64,000 nt of DNA from Candidatus Bathyarchaeia archaeon (GCA_038883655.1 JAVZLQ010000001.1:192001-256000); one strand, 5' to 3'; shown: positions 26,281 to 37,090, numbered from the stretch's first letter. Program-made: numbers and translations. The notes: a model not told the origin generated them from the sequence alone.

Positions 26281-28179
26281 TTGAACGCAAAAATTAAAAG
26301 CATTATAGCTTGTGCGATTTCACTTCTGGTGTTAAGTTTGTTGTTTTCATCGCGAGCGAAGTTTGCCTTTTCACAAGGCACAGGTCCAATTAAGATTGGT
26401 GTAATTACGGACCTTTCTGGTGCGCTTGCATATTATGGAGAGATGGAGGTGAACGGTCTTTACCTTGGAATAGAGTACGCTACTGGTGGAACTTTTAAGG
26501 TTTTAGGCAGAGACATACAAATAATTGTTGAAGACGATGTAGGGAATCCAACACAAGCTGCATCTAAGGCAACAAAGCTGATTTTGCAAGATGGCGTGGA
26601 CTTCCTTCAAGGGTGCGCTAGTAGTGCATGCGCAAGCGCGGTTCAAGCTGTAGCTGCGCAATATGGCGTAATATTCATGGTTGCTCCCGCTGCGGATGAG
26701 AAAATTACTGGCGAAGGATATAACCGGTATACTTTTAGAACTGCAAGCAGCACTTGGCATGACGCCTTTACGGGTGGAGCCTTTGCAGCTACATACATGG
26801 GAAAAACATTTGCCTTTTTGGCACCAGATTATTCATGGGGTTACAGCACTGTTAAATGTTGGAAGTATGTCATCGAGAAATATGGTGGGCAAGTTATACA
26901 CGTTGAGTATGCGCCTACAACCACGGTAAATTTTGCACCTTACCTTAACAGAATAATATCTGCGGATCCTGACTGCTTCATACCAGTTTGGTCAGGAACT
27001 GGAGCAATGTATATGTTTCAAGCGATGGCTGACCTTCATATTTATGACTATATGAATGTAACTTCCGGAATTGGTGATCTTTTCAGCCTCCAACTTTTGA
27101 ATGTAGCCATAAACTTTACTGGAATGACCAAGTACGCCTATTTGCTTCCAAATAACACCGTTAACGATTGGCTTGTGAACACATGGAGAGTCAGATATGA
27201 TGCAGGTACATTGCCAAGAAAAACGTCCATGACGCTTCCTGTACCCGATCTGTTCGTGGAAAGCGCATTTGCAGCTGGTCAAGCAATAGTTTACGCAATC
27301 CAGCAGGCTGGAACCATTAACACGGAGATTTTGATATCTACTCTTGAGGGCTTGAATTTTACTGGTCCAAAAGGAAATATGTATATTAGGCCAGAGGATC
27401 ACCAAGCCTTGCAAAGCATGTATATTGCTCAGGTTTTTAATGATACAACTTCTTGGATAACAAACTACTATCCTAATGGATTTATAAATTTGAGACTAGT
27501 AGCGGAAATTCCACCAGAATTTACGGCTCCGCCAATTAGAGGAGACATAACTCCTCCCACTATAACTAATGTTGCTAATACGCCTAGCATACCCACCCTC
27601 ATTGATGACGTCAATATCACCGCAACGATTACAGATGACCTTACTGGAGTCAAAAATGCAAGCGTATACTATTCTATAGATGGTGGTCTTAACTGGTCTC
27701 AAGTTCCAATGCAACACATTGGAGATTCAACATACAAGGCAACAATTCCAAAACAAGAGGACGGCACAGTTGTACAATACTATGTAAACGCTGCAGACAT
27801 AGCGCTAAACACCAACCAGTCAGCTATTTACGTGTACACGGTTGCAGACTTGCCCAAATATTACTTGACCATATCGGTTCAACCGGCAAATGGAGGAACC
27901 ACCAACCCGCCAGCTGGTACTGTAAGCTACACAGAAGGCGAGAACGCAGCCGTGACGGTTACAGCCGCAGAAGGGTTCGAGTTTGACTATTGGGAACTTG
28001 ACGGAGTTAAAATCAATATTACAGCAACAACGTATGTTGTGCCGATGTATGCAAACCATACGCTTATTGCGTATATGAAAGTTAAGCAGGGAATACCAAC
28101 AGAGTGGCTCATAGGCGGCGCAGTCGCTGGAATAGCAATAATCGTACTAGCCGTTGTATTTCTAAAGAAAAGAAAATAG
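26281..28179 (+). CDS. LivK-type ABC substrate-binding protein with C-terminal Ig-like domains and TM anchor
   Basis: Signal peptide, IKIGVITDLSG, GPKG..IRPEDHQA; DITPPTI domain, InlB-B-like repeat, TM plus KKRK tail. Confidence 0.85.
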   Translation: MNAKIKSIIACAISLLVLSLLFSSRAKFAFSQGTGPIKIGVITDLSGALAYYGEMEVNGLYLGIEYATGGTFKVLGRDIQIIVEDDVGNPTQAASKATKLILQDGVDFLQGCASSACASAVQAVAAQYGVIFMVAPAADEKITGEGYNRYTFRTASSTWHDAFTGGAFAATYMGKTFAFLAPDYSWGYSTVKCWKYVIEKYGGQVIHVEYAPTTTVNFAPYLNRIISADPDCFIPVWSGTGAMYMFQAMADLHIYDYMNVTSGIGDLFSLQLLNVAINFTGMTKYAYLLPNNTVNDWLVNTWRVRYDAGTLPRKTSMTLPVPDLFVESAFAAGQAIVYAIQQAGTINTEILISTLEGLNFTGPKGNMYIRPEDHQALQSMYIAQVFNDTTSWITNYYPNGFINLRLVAEIPPEFTAPPIRGDITPPTITNVANTPSIPTLIDDVNITATITDDLTGVKNASVYYSIDGGLNWSQVPMQHIGDSTYKATIPKQEDGTVVQYYVNAADIALNTNQSAIYVYTVADLPKYYLTISVQPANGGTTNPPAGTVSYTEGENAAVTVTAAEGFEFDYWELDGVKINITATTYVVPMYANHTLIAYMKVKQGIPTEWLIGGAVAGIAIIVLAVVFLKKRK

Positions 28180-28243
28180 AGCTCGCGGAAAGCGCACAAA
28201 TCTTATTAATTTATAACTTAAAATAATACATTCGGGTTATAAC

Positions 28244-29785
28244 ATGAAAAAGGAAATTAGAAGCCTCATTTTAATGGTTACCATTGCAATTTTGGCCATC
28301 GCATACGTTGGATATGCTCAATATCAATGGCCAATGTTCCGCCAAAATGCTACCCGCACAGGGTACACTTCAAGTCCAGGACCAACAATGAATCAGACTC
28401 TGTGGACGTTCAATGCCACATATGATATTTGGGGTCCGTCTCCATCCGTAGTGGATGGTGTACTCTATATAAGCTTGGGTTTCGGGCCTTCCTTGATAGC
28501 CTTAAACGCAACAACGGGTGAACTAATTTGGAACTACACTGGGCTTACTTGGATCTCGTCTTCTCCAATGGTTGCTTATGGAATGGTTTATTTCGGCTCT
28601 TTTGATAAGAATGTTTACGCATTAAATGCAACTACGGGCGGTAAGGTATGGAACTACACAACTGGAGGCTTTATGGCAGCTTCTTCTCCTGCAGTAGCGG
28701 ACGGTGTGGTATACATTGGTGGCGGATATGGAAAAGGTGTTTTTGCTTTAAATGCCACAACGGGAGATGAATTGTGGAACTACACTACTGAAGGCGATGT
28801 TCATTCTTCTCCTGCAATCGTTAACGGAATATTGTACATAGGTTCTTATGATAACAATGTTTACGCATTAAATGCCACAACTGGAGAAAGAATATGGAAC
28901 TACACAACAGGCTCCGATGTATATTCGTCTCCCACAGTTGTTGATGGAATTGTCTACATAGGCTCAAATGACAACAACATTTACGCGTTAAACGCGACCA
29001 CAGGCGAGAAAATATGGAACTACACAACTGGATACTGGGTTGTTTCATCTCCAGCTGTTGCTGACGGAGTAGTTTACGTAGGTTCTTATGATTTCAATGT
29101 TTACGCATTAAATGCCACAACTGGAGAAAGAATATGGAACTACACAACCGGAGGCTCTATCTCTTCTTCACCCGCAATTTCAAGTAACGGCATAATCTAC
29201 ATCGGTTCAGGTGACAACAAAACCTACGCACTAAATGCACAAACAGGAGAACTCATATGGAGCTTTGAAACTGGCGGTGATGTCTGGTCCTCTCCTGCCA
29301 TTGCTGACGGAGTAGTCTATTTTGCTTCACGTTACGAAGGTAAAATTTACGCTGTTTGCGGCAGCCACCAAACATTTAACGTGGTCTGGGAAACACAAGA
29401 CTATTCGGTAACCATAATCAGCAATTCCTCATTGCTGGACTTCGCGTTCAGCCAGCCAGACAAGCAAATAAGCTTCAAAGTTGTAGGACCAAAAGCTATG
29501 AACAGTTTCTGCAACGTAACAATTCCGAAAAGCTTACTCGGTGGAGATTGGACAGTTCAAATAGACGATTCAGACGTCATCCCAATCATAAGTGAAAACG
29601 ATACTTACACATGCATTTACATAACATACACGCATGAAAGCACACATACCATAAAAATCATAGGATCATGGGTAGTTCCAGAATTCTCAACAGCCATCCT
29701 CATAATATCACTAATGATTACAACAATATTGACAGTGCTACTACGAAAAGGATGGTTTCCTAAGAAAAATCGCATACAAAAATAG
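28244..29785 (+). CDS. Secreted PQQ-like beta-propeller protein with PEF-CTERM
   Basis: 40-aa repeats SSPAV.DGVVYIGS.D..VYALNATTG..IWNYTT; VVPEF + TM + basic tail. Confidence 0.88.
   Translation: MKKEIRSLILMVTIAILAIAYVGYAQYQWPMFRQNATRTGYTSSPGPTMNQTLWTFNATYDIWGPSPSVVDGVLYISLGFGPSLIALNATTGELIWNYTGLTWISSSPMVAYGMVYFGSFDKNVYALNATTGGKVWNYTTGGFMAASSPAVADGVVYIGGGYGKGVFALNATTGDELWNYTTEGDVHSSPAIVNGILYIGSYDNNVYALNATTGERIWNYTTGSDVYSSPTVVDGIVYIGSNDNNIYALNATTGEKIWNYTTGYWVVSSPAVADGVVYVGSYDFNVYALNATTGERIWNYTTGGSISSSPAISSNGIIYIGSGDNKTYALNAQTGELIWSFETGGDVWSSPAIADGVVYFASRYEGKIYAVCGSHQTFNVVWETQDYSVTIISNSSLLDFAFSQPDKQISFKVVGPKAMNSFCNVTIPKSLLGGDWTVQIDDSDVIPIISENDTYTCIYITYTHESTHTIKIIGSWVVPEFSTAILIISLMITTILTVLLRKGWFPKKNRIQK
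28855..29148 (+). repeat. Intragenic direct repeat between propeller blades
   Basis: 54 identical bp at 28855-28908 and 29095-29148 (240-bp spacing). Confidence 0.8.
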
Positions 29786-29861
29786 ACCTAACAAACCTCA
29801 CTTTTCTTTTTCACTTCAACATAAGAAACTGTAATATAAGATATTCTCAACTAGTTTAAGT

Positions 29862-31721
29862 ATGCAAGAAACCAGAAAGAACTTGGCACTCACACTTCTG
29901 CTTTCACTATTCATCTTTACATTTCCCATATTAGAAGTTGCAGATGCAGAAATCGAGGATCAAAGCAGTAATCCTGAAAATGTCGGCCCCTACACAGTTG
30001 GTTGGATTCAAGTGAACATTTCAAAAAATGGAGGAGAACAGCTTCCGATAATTGTATTCTATCCAGCAGTAATTGACGGCGAAGAAAGCGACCCTAATTC
30101 CACAGATGCACCGTACCCAGCAGTATTGTTTAGTCCAGGATATAGATCGCCCATAGAAAATTATCGCGCTTTGGGTTTGAAAATCGCAAGTTGGGGTTTC
30201 ATAACAGCGTTGGTGGGTTCTAACCTTGAAAGCTGGGACATTGATAGGGTTAACGATTTGGAGGGTGCTCTAAACTGGCTTGATGAACAAAACGATAATT
30301 CCTCCTTCAAGCTCCACCAATTAATAGATGAGTCAAAGTTTATAGTTTCTGGGCATTCGCTTGGAGCGGAAGCTGCTTTGATCCTTTCTATTTCTGAACA
30401 TAGGTTAAAAGCAGTAATTCCAATAGCACCGTTTATCTATCCACCGTGGACTTTCATGTACCCTTCATCTGCTAAGGATATTCATATTCCAATGCTCATA
30501 CTTGTGGGATCTGCTGATACAATAAGTCCACCCAGTACAATGGCGTATCCCATTTATGAAAATGGAAATGTTCCAAAGTTTTGCTTGACAATCATCGGAA
30601 GCGACCATTTCACCATCATTTTCACATGCACCAAATACATAATCTCATTCTTAAAATTCTATTTCCATAACGAACAAGAATATGCAAGATACCTATACGG
30701 TTTTGAAGCCCAACAAGAAGCCCTTAACGGAAAAATAGATCTAAAATATGATTTAAGAACAACCTTCGAGTATGAAATCATTTTTAAGGGAATTTCATGT
30801 GAGATACACGTTTATTCCGACTCAACTTTTCTAGATTTGACCTTCAACGAGAGTTTAATGGAGATGACCTTTAGAGTATTTGGTCCACCTCATACTGTTG
30901 GAACAGCTAACATCTCAATCCCAAAAGCGCCGCTTGAAGAATATACTATCAAAGCTTATTTCGACGGAGAATTGTACTCGTTCACTCTTACTAACAGCTC
31001 CACATTAGACTTTGTTTATTTATGTTACAACCACAGCCTGCATGAATTAAAGCTATGTTTTGTGGACTTAACTCCACCAACTCTACTCATATTTTCGCCA
31101 AAAGAAAATTCTGTGCTTCCATCTTCTACCGTCGTAGTAGCATGGATCAGCAAAGATGCAGCATCAGGACTTAATTATTTCGAGGTAAAAGTTGACGAAG
31201 GTCCATGGTTAAGGGTTGAAAACGCAATGGCTTACGAGTTTGAAAATTTAAATGATGGAAATCACACCGCGTATGTCAAAGCCTATGATTTTGCTGGAAA
31301 TGTCAAAGAGGCGCGCATAAACTTTAAAATAGACACAATACCGCCAGCAGTCTCTCTGCTTTCACCTGATGCATGTTCTACGCTAAACTCTTCGAATATA
31401 ACAATTACCTGGGTTGGCACAGATTACATCGCCGGAATTGAACGTTACGAAGTGAAATTAGATAATGATCCGTGGATAAACGTAGGAACAAACGAAACAT
31501 ATACTCTCTATAATTTGGCAAATGGAAAACATGAGTTATACATTAAAGCCATAGATAAAGCTGGAAACGTTTTTGAAATGCAAGTAAGTTTCAATGTTGA
31601 CGCAAATTATGGTACGGACTTTTTGCCTTTGACGATAATAAGCATAATTATTCTTTGTTTAGCTTTTCCCATTGCACTTTACATAGCAAAGAAAGTTAAA
31701 TTACACAGGAAAAATTTCTAA
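29862..31721 (+). CDS. Secreted, membrane-anchored chlorophyllase/cutinase-like alpha/beta hydrolase with Ig-like domains
   Basis: Signal peptide; FSPGY, GHSLG, GSADT, GSDHF; two DTxPP Ig-like repeats; C-terminal TM. Confidence 0.78.
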   Translation: MQETRKNLALTLLLSLFIFTFPILEVADAEIEDQSSNPENVGPYTVGWIQVNISKNGGEQLPIIVFYPAVIDGEESDPNSTDAPYPAVLFSPGYRSPIENYRALGLKIASWGFITALVGSNLESWDIDRVNDLEGALNWLDEQNDNSSFKLHQLIDESKFIVSGHSLGAEAALILSISEHRLKAVIPIAPFIYPPWTFMYPSSAKDIHIPMLILVGSADTISPPSTMAYPIYENGNVPKFCLTIIGSDHFTIIFTCTKYIISFLKFYFHNEQEYARYLYGFEAQQEALNGKIDLKYDLRTTFEYEIIFKGISCEIHVYSDSTFLDLTFNESLMEMTFRVFGPPHTVGTANISIPKAPLEEYTIKAYFDGELYSFTLTNSSTLDFVYLCYNHSLHELKLCFVDLTPPTLLIFSPKENSVLPSSTVVVAWISKDAASGLNYFEVKVDEGPWLRVENAMAYEFENLNDGNHTAYVKAYDFAGNVKEARINFKIDTIPPAVSLLSPDACSTLNSSNITITWVGTDYIAGIERYEVKLDNDPWINVGTNETYTLYNLANGKHELYIKAIDKAGNVFEMQVSFNVDANYGTDFLPLTIISIIILCLAFPIALYIAKKVKLHRKNF

Positions 31722-31796
31722 TCTACAAATTTTCTATAAAAAAGTTCCACAAAACCTTTATAAAATTAATCAACAATATAACCTCACGGTGTTCTT

Positions 31797-33530
31797 ATGA
31801 AAAAAATAAATAAAGTATCCAGCGTTACAATCGTTGTTTTGTGTCTAATGGCTCTATTACTATTTCAGAGATCAATAAGAGTGGTAGGTAGTGACGAAAC
31901 CTCTGACTGGACCATGTACCGCCATGACGTTAACAGAAGCGGACATACACAAATTGCTGGGCCAAAATATAGCTTCACAAAATGGACGCACCAAACTGGT
32001 GACATAATACTTTCTTCTCCTGCAGTAGCCAATGGCATAGTATATGTCGGATCAAATGATTCTAATGTCTACGCCATAAATATGTGGACAGGAGAAGAAA
32101 TATGGAGTTTCAGCACCGGGCCTGGAGGAATATATTCCTCGCCTGCAGTTGCTGATGGAATTGTTTACATAGGCGCAAATGACAATAAAACATACGCGTT
32201 AAATGCTACTACAGGCGAACTTATATGGAGCTTTACGGCGTGGGGCACCATCTTCTATGGGTTGCCTTCGCCTTTCTGGTCGTCTCCCATCGTGGTTGAT
32301 GGAGTTGTATATATAGGCAATCAGGATAGTTTGGTTTACGCTTTGAATGCGACTACTGGCGCAGTCATTTGGGTTCAAACCGTTTATGGTGCTTGTACCG
32401 GTTCGTCTCCTGCCGTTGTAGATGGTAGACTATACATAGCTGCGGCAGGGTACTCCGCTCCCTATGATGGAAATGTTACATGCTTAGACGCTGCAACAGG
32501 GCAGTTAATATGGTATTACACGGTTCCCTTTGGAGTTTACTTCTCCACACCAGCTGTTGTGAATGGCGTAGTTTATATAGGCACATTTAGTGGTTCCGTA
32601 CTTGCACTAAACGCAACAACTGGACAACTAATGTCACTCTTCTTTGCCGGAGATTACCTTCCAATAAACACATCTCCAGCCGTAGCTAATGGAATTGTTT
32701 ACGTAGGTTCTGGCAATGGCAGAATATACGCCCTAGACGCCTCAAACCTGGCTATAGTAAAATGGGCTAAAACGCTATCTCCTTACGGAGTTTACAGCTC
32801 TCCAGTTGTTGCTGGAGACGTAGTCTACATAGGCACAGAAGATGGTAAAATATTTGCCTTAGACGCAGCAACAGGAACGGAAATATGGGTTTATCAGACA
32901 GAAGGAAAAATACGTGGTTCGTTTGCTGTCGTTTCGGGTCTTCCTGATTACTCCTCCTTGCTTTACGCGCCTTCATATGACGGCAAAATATATGCCATTT
33001 ACGATGTTCTCCACGACATTGCAATCACAGATGTTTCGCCTTCCAAAACGATTGTTGGACAAGGCTATACGATGGACATAAATGTTGCAGTTAAAAACCA
33101 AGGTGATTACACGGAAACCTTTAATGTGACACTTTACGCAAATGCAACAGCAATAGAAACGAGAGAAGTCACACTTGGAGGTGGCGAATCAGCAGTTCTA
33201 ACTTTTACGTGGAGCACTGGAGGCGCTGGAGGCATAGGAGTTTTTGCTAAGGGCAATTATACGCTTTGGGCTTATGCGTGGCCAGTTCTAGGCGAGACAG
33301 ATTTGGCGGACAACGCGTTTGAGTATGGCTTTGTTCTGGTCACTATTGCTGGTGATGTTACTGGCGAAATATGGGTTGACATGCTGGACATAAGCATACT
33401 CATAGACAAATTCATGAGCAGCCCAACGCACCCACTTTGGGATCCAAACTGCGACGTTAACGACGACCAAAGCGTAGACATGGCAGACATATCAATAGCC
33501 ATAGACAACTTCATGCGAGAAGACCCATAA
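31797..33530 (+). CDS. Secreted PQQ-like beta-propeller + CARDB + dockerin protein
   Basis: SSPAV.NG.VY.GS repeats; HDIAITDV...VKNQGDYTETFNV; GDVTG..VDMLD / CDVNDDQSVDMAD. Confidence 0.85.
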   Translation: MKKINKVSSVTIVVLCLMALLLFQRSIRVVGSDETSDWTMYRHDVNRSGHTQIAGPKYSFTKWTHQTGDIILSSPAVANGIVYVGSNDSNVYAINMWTGEEIWSFSTGPGGIYSSPAVADGIVYIGANDNKTYALNATTGELIWSFTAWGTIFYGLPSPFWSSPIVVDGVVYIGNQDSLVYALNATTGAVIWVQTVYGACTGSSPAVVDGRLYIAAAGYSAPYDGNVTCLDAATGQLIWYYTVPFGVYFSTPAVVNGVVYIGTFSGSVLALNATTGQLMSLFFAGDYLPINTSPAVANGIVYVGSGNGRIYALDASNLAIVKWAKTLSPYGVYSSPVVAGDVVYIGTEDGKIFALDAATGTEIWVYQTEGKIRGSFAVVSGLPDYSSLLYAPSYDGKIYAIYDVLHDIAITDVSPSKTIVGQGYTMDINVAVKNQGDYTETFNVTLYANATAIETREVTLGGGESAVLTFTWSTGGAGGIGVFAKGNYTLWAYAWPVLGETDLADNAFEYGFVLVTIAGDVTGEIWVDMLDISILIDKFMSSPTHPLWDPNCDVNDDQSVDMADISIAIDNFMREDP

Positions 33531-33797
33531 CCCCCTTTTTACTTTATTCAAAAATGCTTCATGTCATTGTAAAATGAACATGCACCACGAGGCCTTCATT
33601 ATTGATTTTAATAAGCACACCGAGTTGAAATGAAAGAAATTTCTGTTAACAGACTAACGGAAAGTCTTTCGTTAAGTATGTTTTGAGATGCATACTGCTG
33701 GCGGATTGCTTATGCTTTTGGGTGGGATATTAACGTTAATAGGCGTATACATTGAAATAGGAATTGGGTTGTTCCCAAGTGATTAGGCGTGATGTAG

Positions 33798-34256
33798 ATG
33801 AAGAGTGTTCTTGAGCAGAATTCTTCATAGAGTTTGAGATGTTAGCTGAAATGGATGGAGCCCTTGAACAGCTCTTTGCTTCAGGCCGGTGGTTATTGTT
33901 GCTGCCATGGAAGTCTTGCGGGAAACTTTTTTGCCTTAAAATGAAAAGCCAAAACCTAGGCGTAGAAGACACACTTGAAAGGCTTTGCCAAATTTTAACT
34001 GGATGGAGCTGGGGTGAGTTCACTGTCACTTATATAGATGCTGAGGAAGGAGCTGGAAGGCTTTGCGTTAAAAATTCCCCTGAAACTCGGACAAGGAGGT
34101 CCGGCGGTATAGTTGGTTGCTATTTTTGTTGAATTTTTGGGCGGCTTTCTATCAAAGCTGCTTAGCAGAAATATTGCTGCGAAAGAGCGGAAATGCGCCT
34201 CTTTTGAAGGTGAGGCATGCGAGTTTGAGTTTCAACCTGCTCAGAGCGGGGAGTAA
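33798..34256 (+). pseudogene. V4R-domain protein, disrupted
   Basis: GWSWGEF..NSPE..CYF in one frame; FLGGFLSKLL..ERKCASFEGEACEFEF in another, after a stop at 34132. Confidence 0.65.
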
Positions 34257-34261
34257 CGGCA

Positions 34262-35219
34262 ATGAATTTTAGCGACCCGCTTAGTGATAGGCGTGTTCAA
34301 GCCCTTCTCAACAAATTTATGAGCGGAAAGGTTAAAGCCCTAACCCCACTTTTTTACTTGAAAAAGGTGCTTGTTTATCCAGAGGTTGAAGAAATAGTCG
34401 GGGATTCGGACAGCGCGGAACAGTTTTTATCAAAGCTTCATGAATGCGGAATTTTGAAGCGGAAGCTTTACGATAGGATCGTCTGCTGTCCAAAATGTGG
34501 ATCCGTGAACGTTTCCATTCTTTACTCTTGCCCTTTTTGCGGGTCTTTTGATATTGAGAGAAGCTCCCTTATTGAACATATTAAGTGCGGACATGGATGT
34601 TGAAGAGAAATTCTGCAAAAAGGATGGGCTTGTTTGCCCTAAATGTGGGCGCGAATTAGCCGAAATGGATGTTGACTTTAGAAGGGCTGGTGTTTGGTGC
34701 ACATGCAACAAATGCGGGAAAAGCTTTGACATACCAGTTACAAGACACTTCTGCAGAGACTGCCAAACAAAATTCACATTTGACCACGCCAAATTAAAAG
34801 ATGCCTACACATACAGCCTAAACGAGGACTTGGTCAAAACGGTGACAATGGACTGGGCTATTTTAGCCCATATTGGAAAACTGTTGGAAGACAGAGGCTT
34901 CAAAGTGGAAATTCCAGGATTTTTTGAGGGTCGCTCTGGAGTTAGACACATGTTCAACTTGATAGCCTACAACAATGGAAGAAAACCCTACAAAGTAGCC
35001 ATCAACACCTCAACATCAACAGACGAGAAACCAGTCCATGAACAGGCCATAATAGATATGTTCGCAAAAGCCTACGACTCAAATATAGAAAAGACCATCC
35101 TAATAGCCATGCCAAAAATAGGCGAAAACGGAAAAAGACTCGCAAACCTATACAAAATCCGCATAGTAGAAGCCAAAAACCCAGAAGAAGCATTAGAAAA
35201 AGTAAAAGACTCACTGTAA
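34262..35219 (+). pseudogene. TackOD1-like multi-Cys protein with C-terminal restriction-endonuclease-like domain, frameshifted at ~34590
   Basis: YPEVEE..DRIVCCPKCGS..CPFCGS..LIEHIKCG, then MDVEE..CPKCG..CNKCG..CRDC in another frame. Confidence 0.72.
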
Positions 35220-35221
35220 CC

Positions 35222-35396
35222 TTACATAACGCTAAATGGTCCCTTCTTCACAATAGCATAACAAGATTTAACACAAATAATAATCCACAACAGACTTCAA
35301 CTCACCAGTCTCACGATCCAAAACCGCCTTATAGACGGGACCAGTCTCACCCTCCGAAAGTTCCTTACCGCACATAAAACAAACCCTCCTCTTCAC
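35222..35396 (-). pseudogene. Small Zn-finger protein, frameshifted
   Basis: MKRRVCFMCGKEL...YYLC* continues as KSCYAIVKK if one T is removed. Confidence 0.4.
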
Positions 35397-35532
35397 CGTT
35401 CTACTGCATCCCTCAGCATAAACCCGCATTTAAAATGTAAAAGACTCATCAACTAATAAAACCTATCGATTTCCTTCTACACCTCGTTTAAAATCCAATG
35501 GACACATTTATTATGCAAATTTTATTGTTCCG

Positions 35533-35742
35533 TTAACGATGATTAACAGGAGTCATCCAAGATTTCTTTTGACAGTTTGGGCATTTTAGATAGTAGGCTG
35601 TTTTGGGCACTGGAGTTGGATCTGGATGTGGATAAGGCATGTTTGGATGGGGTGGGGTATAGCCGCTGAAACGTCTTGCAAAAAGAAGCTTTAGCCGAGA
35701 AACATGAAAACTTAGACCACAATAAGGGCATACAAATTTCAT
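35533..35742 (-). CDS. Small CPxCG-type zinc-ribbon protein
   Basis: CPYCG ... KCPNCQ. Confidence 0.55.
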   Translation of the reverse strand: MKFVCPYCGLSFHVSRLKLLFARRFSGYTPPHPNMPYPHPDPTPVPKTAYYLKCPNCQKKSWMTPVNHR

Positions 35743-36022
35743 TTTCCATTCACTTTTGACATTTTAGATCTAGCATGGATTTTGGGTAGAAAGTATGATA
35801 GCATACAGCGCCAAAAATTGCTTCTAAGAACTTTTTTACTCCAAGTTCACTTTTAATATAATACGTGAAAAAGAGTGAAGCGCTTGTAAATGCCGAGGCT
35901 AAACCATGACTATGTCCATATCGAATCACCTTTTGAATACTCCTCTTTAAGAAGTATTATGCTATAATTTGTATTTTCAAATAAAAACATATCACATACA
36001 TCGCATACCATTTGATGATGAA

Positions 36023-36393
36023 ATGGCGAAGGTCTCCATATTTAAAGGTCGGGAAGCAAGAGTTAATAAGGCGATTTTCCGGATCCTCGCTATGCAAAGT
36101 CCGCTAACAATTTATGATATATGGCGAAGCTGAGAACTCAAAGCGACTTCGCCTACATGCGCTATCACATTGTAAACAGACAAGTTAGAACACTCAAAGA
36201 GCAAGGCGTCATCGAAAAAATCGGAGAGAGAAAAACGAAAAACGGCTTTCAAGCAACACTGTACCAGTTAACCTTACAATCTTATCTATCAATTTTACTA
36301 GATAAACTCGACATGGATTTTTTCTTAAAGAAGGCTTCTAGTGATGAGATTTTATCACTGCTCGTCATCCTTGCTTCGCAACAACAAAGTTAA
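36023..36393 (+). pseudogene. Winged-helix regulator, frameshifted at ~36128
   Basis: MAKVSIFKGREARVNKAIFRILAMQSPLTIYDIWR joins KLRTQ..VNRQVRTLKEQGVIEK only with +1 nt. Confidence 0.65.
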
Positions 36394-36562
36394 ACATAAG
36401 AGTTTAGAAACAATTTAAAGGGTCTTTTACACCTTAACTTTGAAGCACGCCCGAGGCTTTGCGCCTTTCAGTTTTGTGTATTTCTGTTGTGCTTTTGAAC
36501 GGAAATATTTATTAAATATTAATATTAAAGATTCATATGACGTAACTAGCGAGGAATCCGAG

Positions 36563-36904
36563 ATGCCATTCCTCCACTCTCACGATGAAAAACTAAAGTG
36601 TCCCTACAAGGGCTGCGGAAAAACATTTTCTAAGCCAACAGTATTAACGGATTCCTCAACGATTCCGAGACAAACATACTACGCTTGTCCCCATTGTATG
36701 TCGAAACTTGACATAATAGTTGAAAACGCAAAGATAATAGGCGTGAAGCCTACAGAATACCCAAAGGTTTTTGAGTCACCAGCAAAATGTGCGCACTACC
36801 TTGGATTCCTAAACACAATCCCAAAGGACATGCCAATACCAGACGAATGCCTAGTATGTCCAAAAGTCCTCCAATGCAGCATAAGAAAACGCCAAAACGT
36901 TTAG
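36563..36904 (+). CDS. Small Cys-rich zinc-finger protein
   Basis: CPYKGCGKTF, YACPHC, CAHYLG, ECLVCPKVLQC; GAGG upstream of ATG. Confidence 0.7.
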   Translation: MPFLHSHDEKLKCPYKGCGKTFSKPTVLTDSSTIPRQTYYACPHCMSKLDIIVENAKIIGVKPTEYPKVFESPAKCAHYLGFLNTIPKDMPIPDECLVCPKVLQCSIRKRQNV

Positions 36905-36978
36905 GACATATTTCTCGTAGGAGAGAATCTTTTAAATTTACCTTCTAGAATTCTAAAATAACATAGCGCAGAGCATGC

Positions 36979-37086
36979 GGGGCTGTCGGCTAGCTTGGTC
37001 TAGGCTTGGAGACTTGGGCTCTCTAAGCGTGTTGGCATTTGCCACGTGCGGGAAGGACCCCGGTTCAAATCCGGGCAGCCCCACCA
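36979..37086 (+). tRNA. tRNA-Pro(TGG) with 30-nt intron in the variable region (~37026-37055, 44/45); CCA encoded
   Basis: GGGGCTG/CAGCCCC ACCA; GGAGA-CT TGG GC-TCTCT; BHB TCTC-TAA..GGGA-AGG. Confidence 0.88.
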
Positions 37087-37090
37087 TATT

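Noticed and set aside
28400-29350. 120-bp periodic repeats as a CRISPR array or DGR
   Set aside because: They are in-frame beta-propeller blades; no spacers, cas genes or reverse transcriptase in the window
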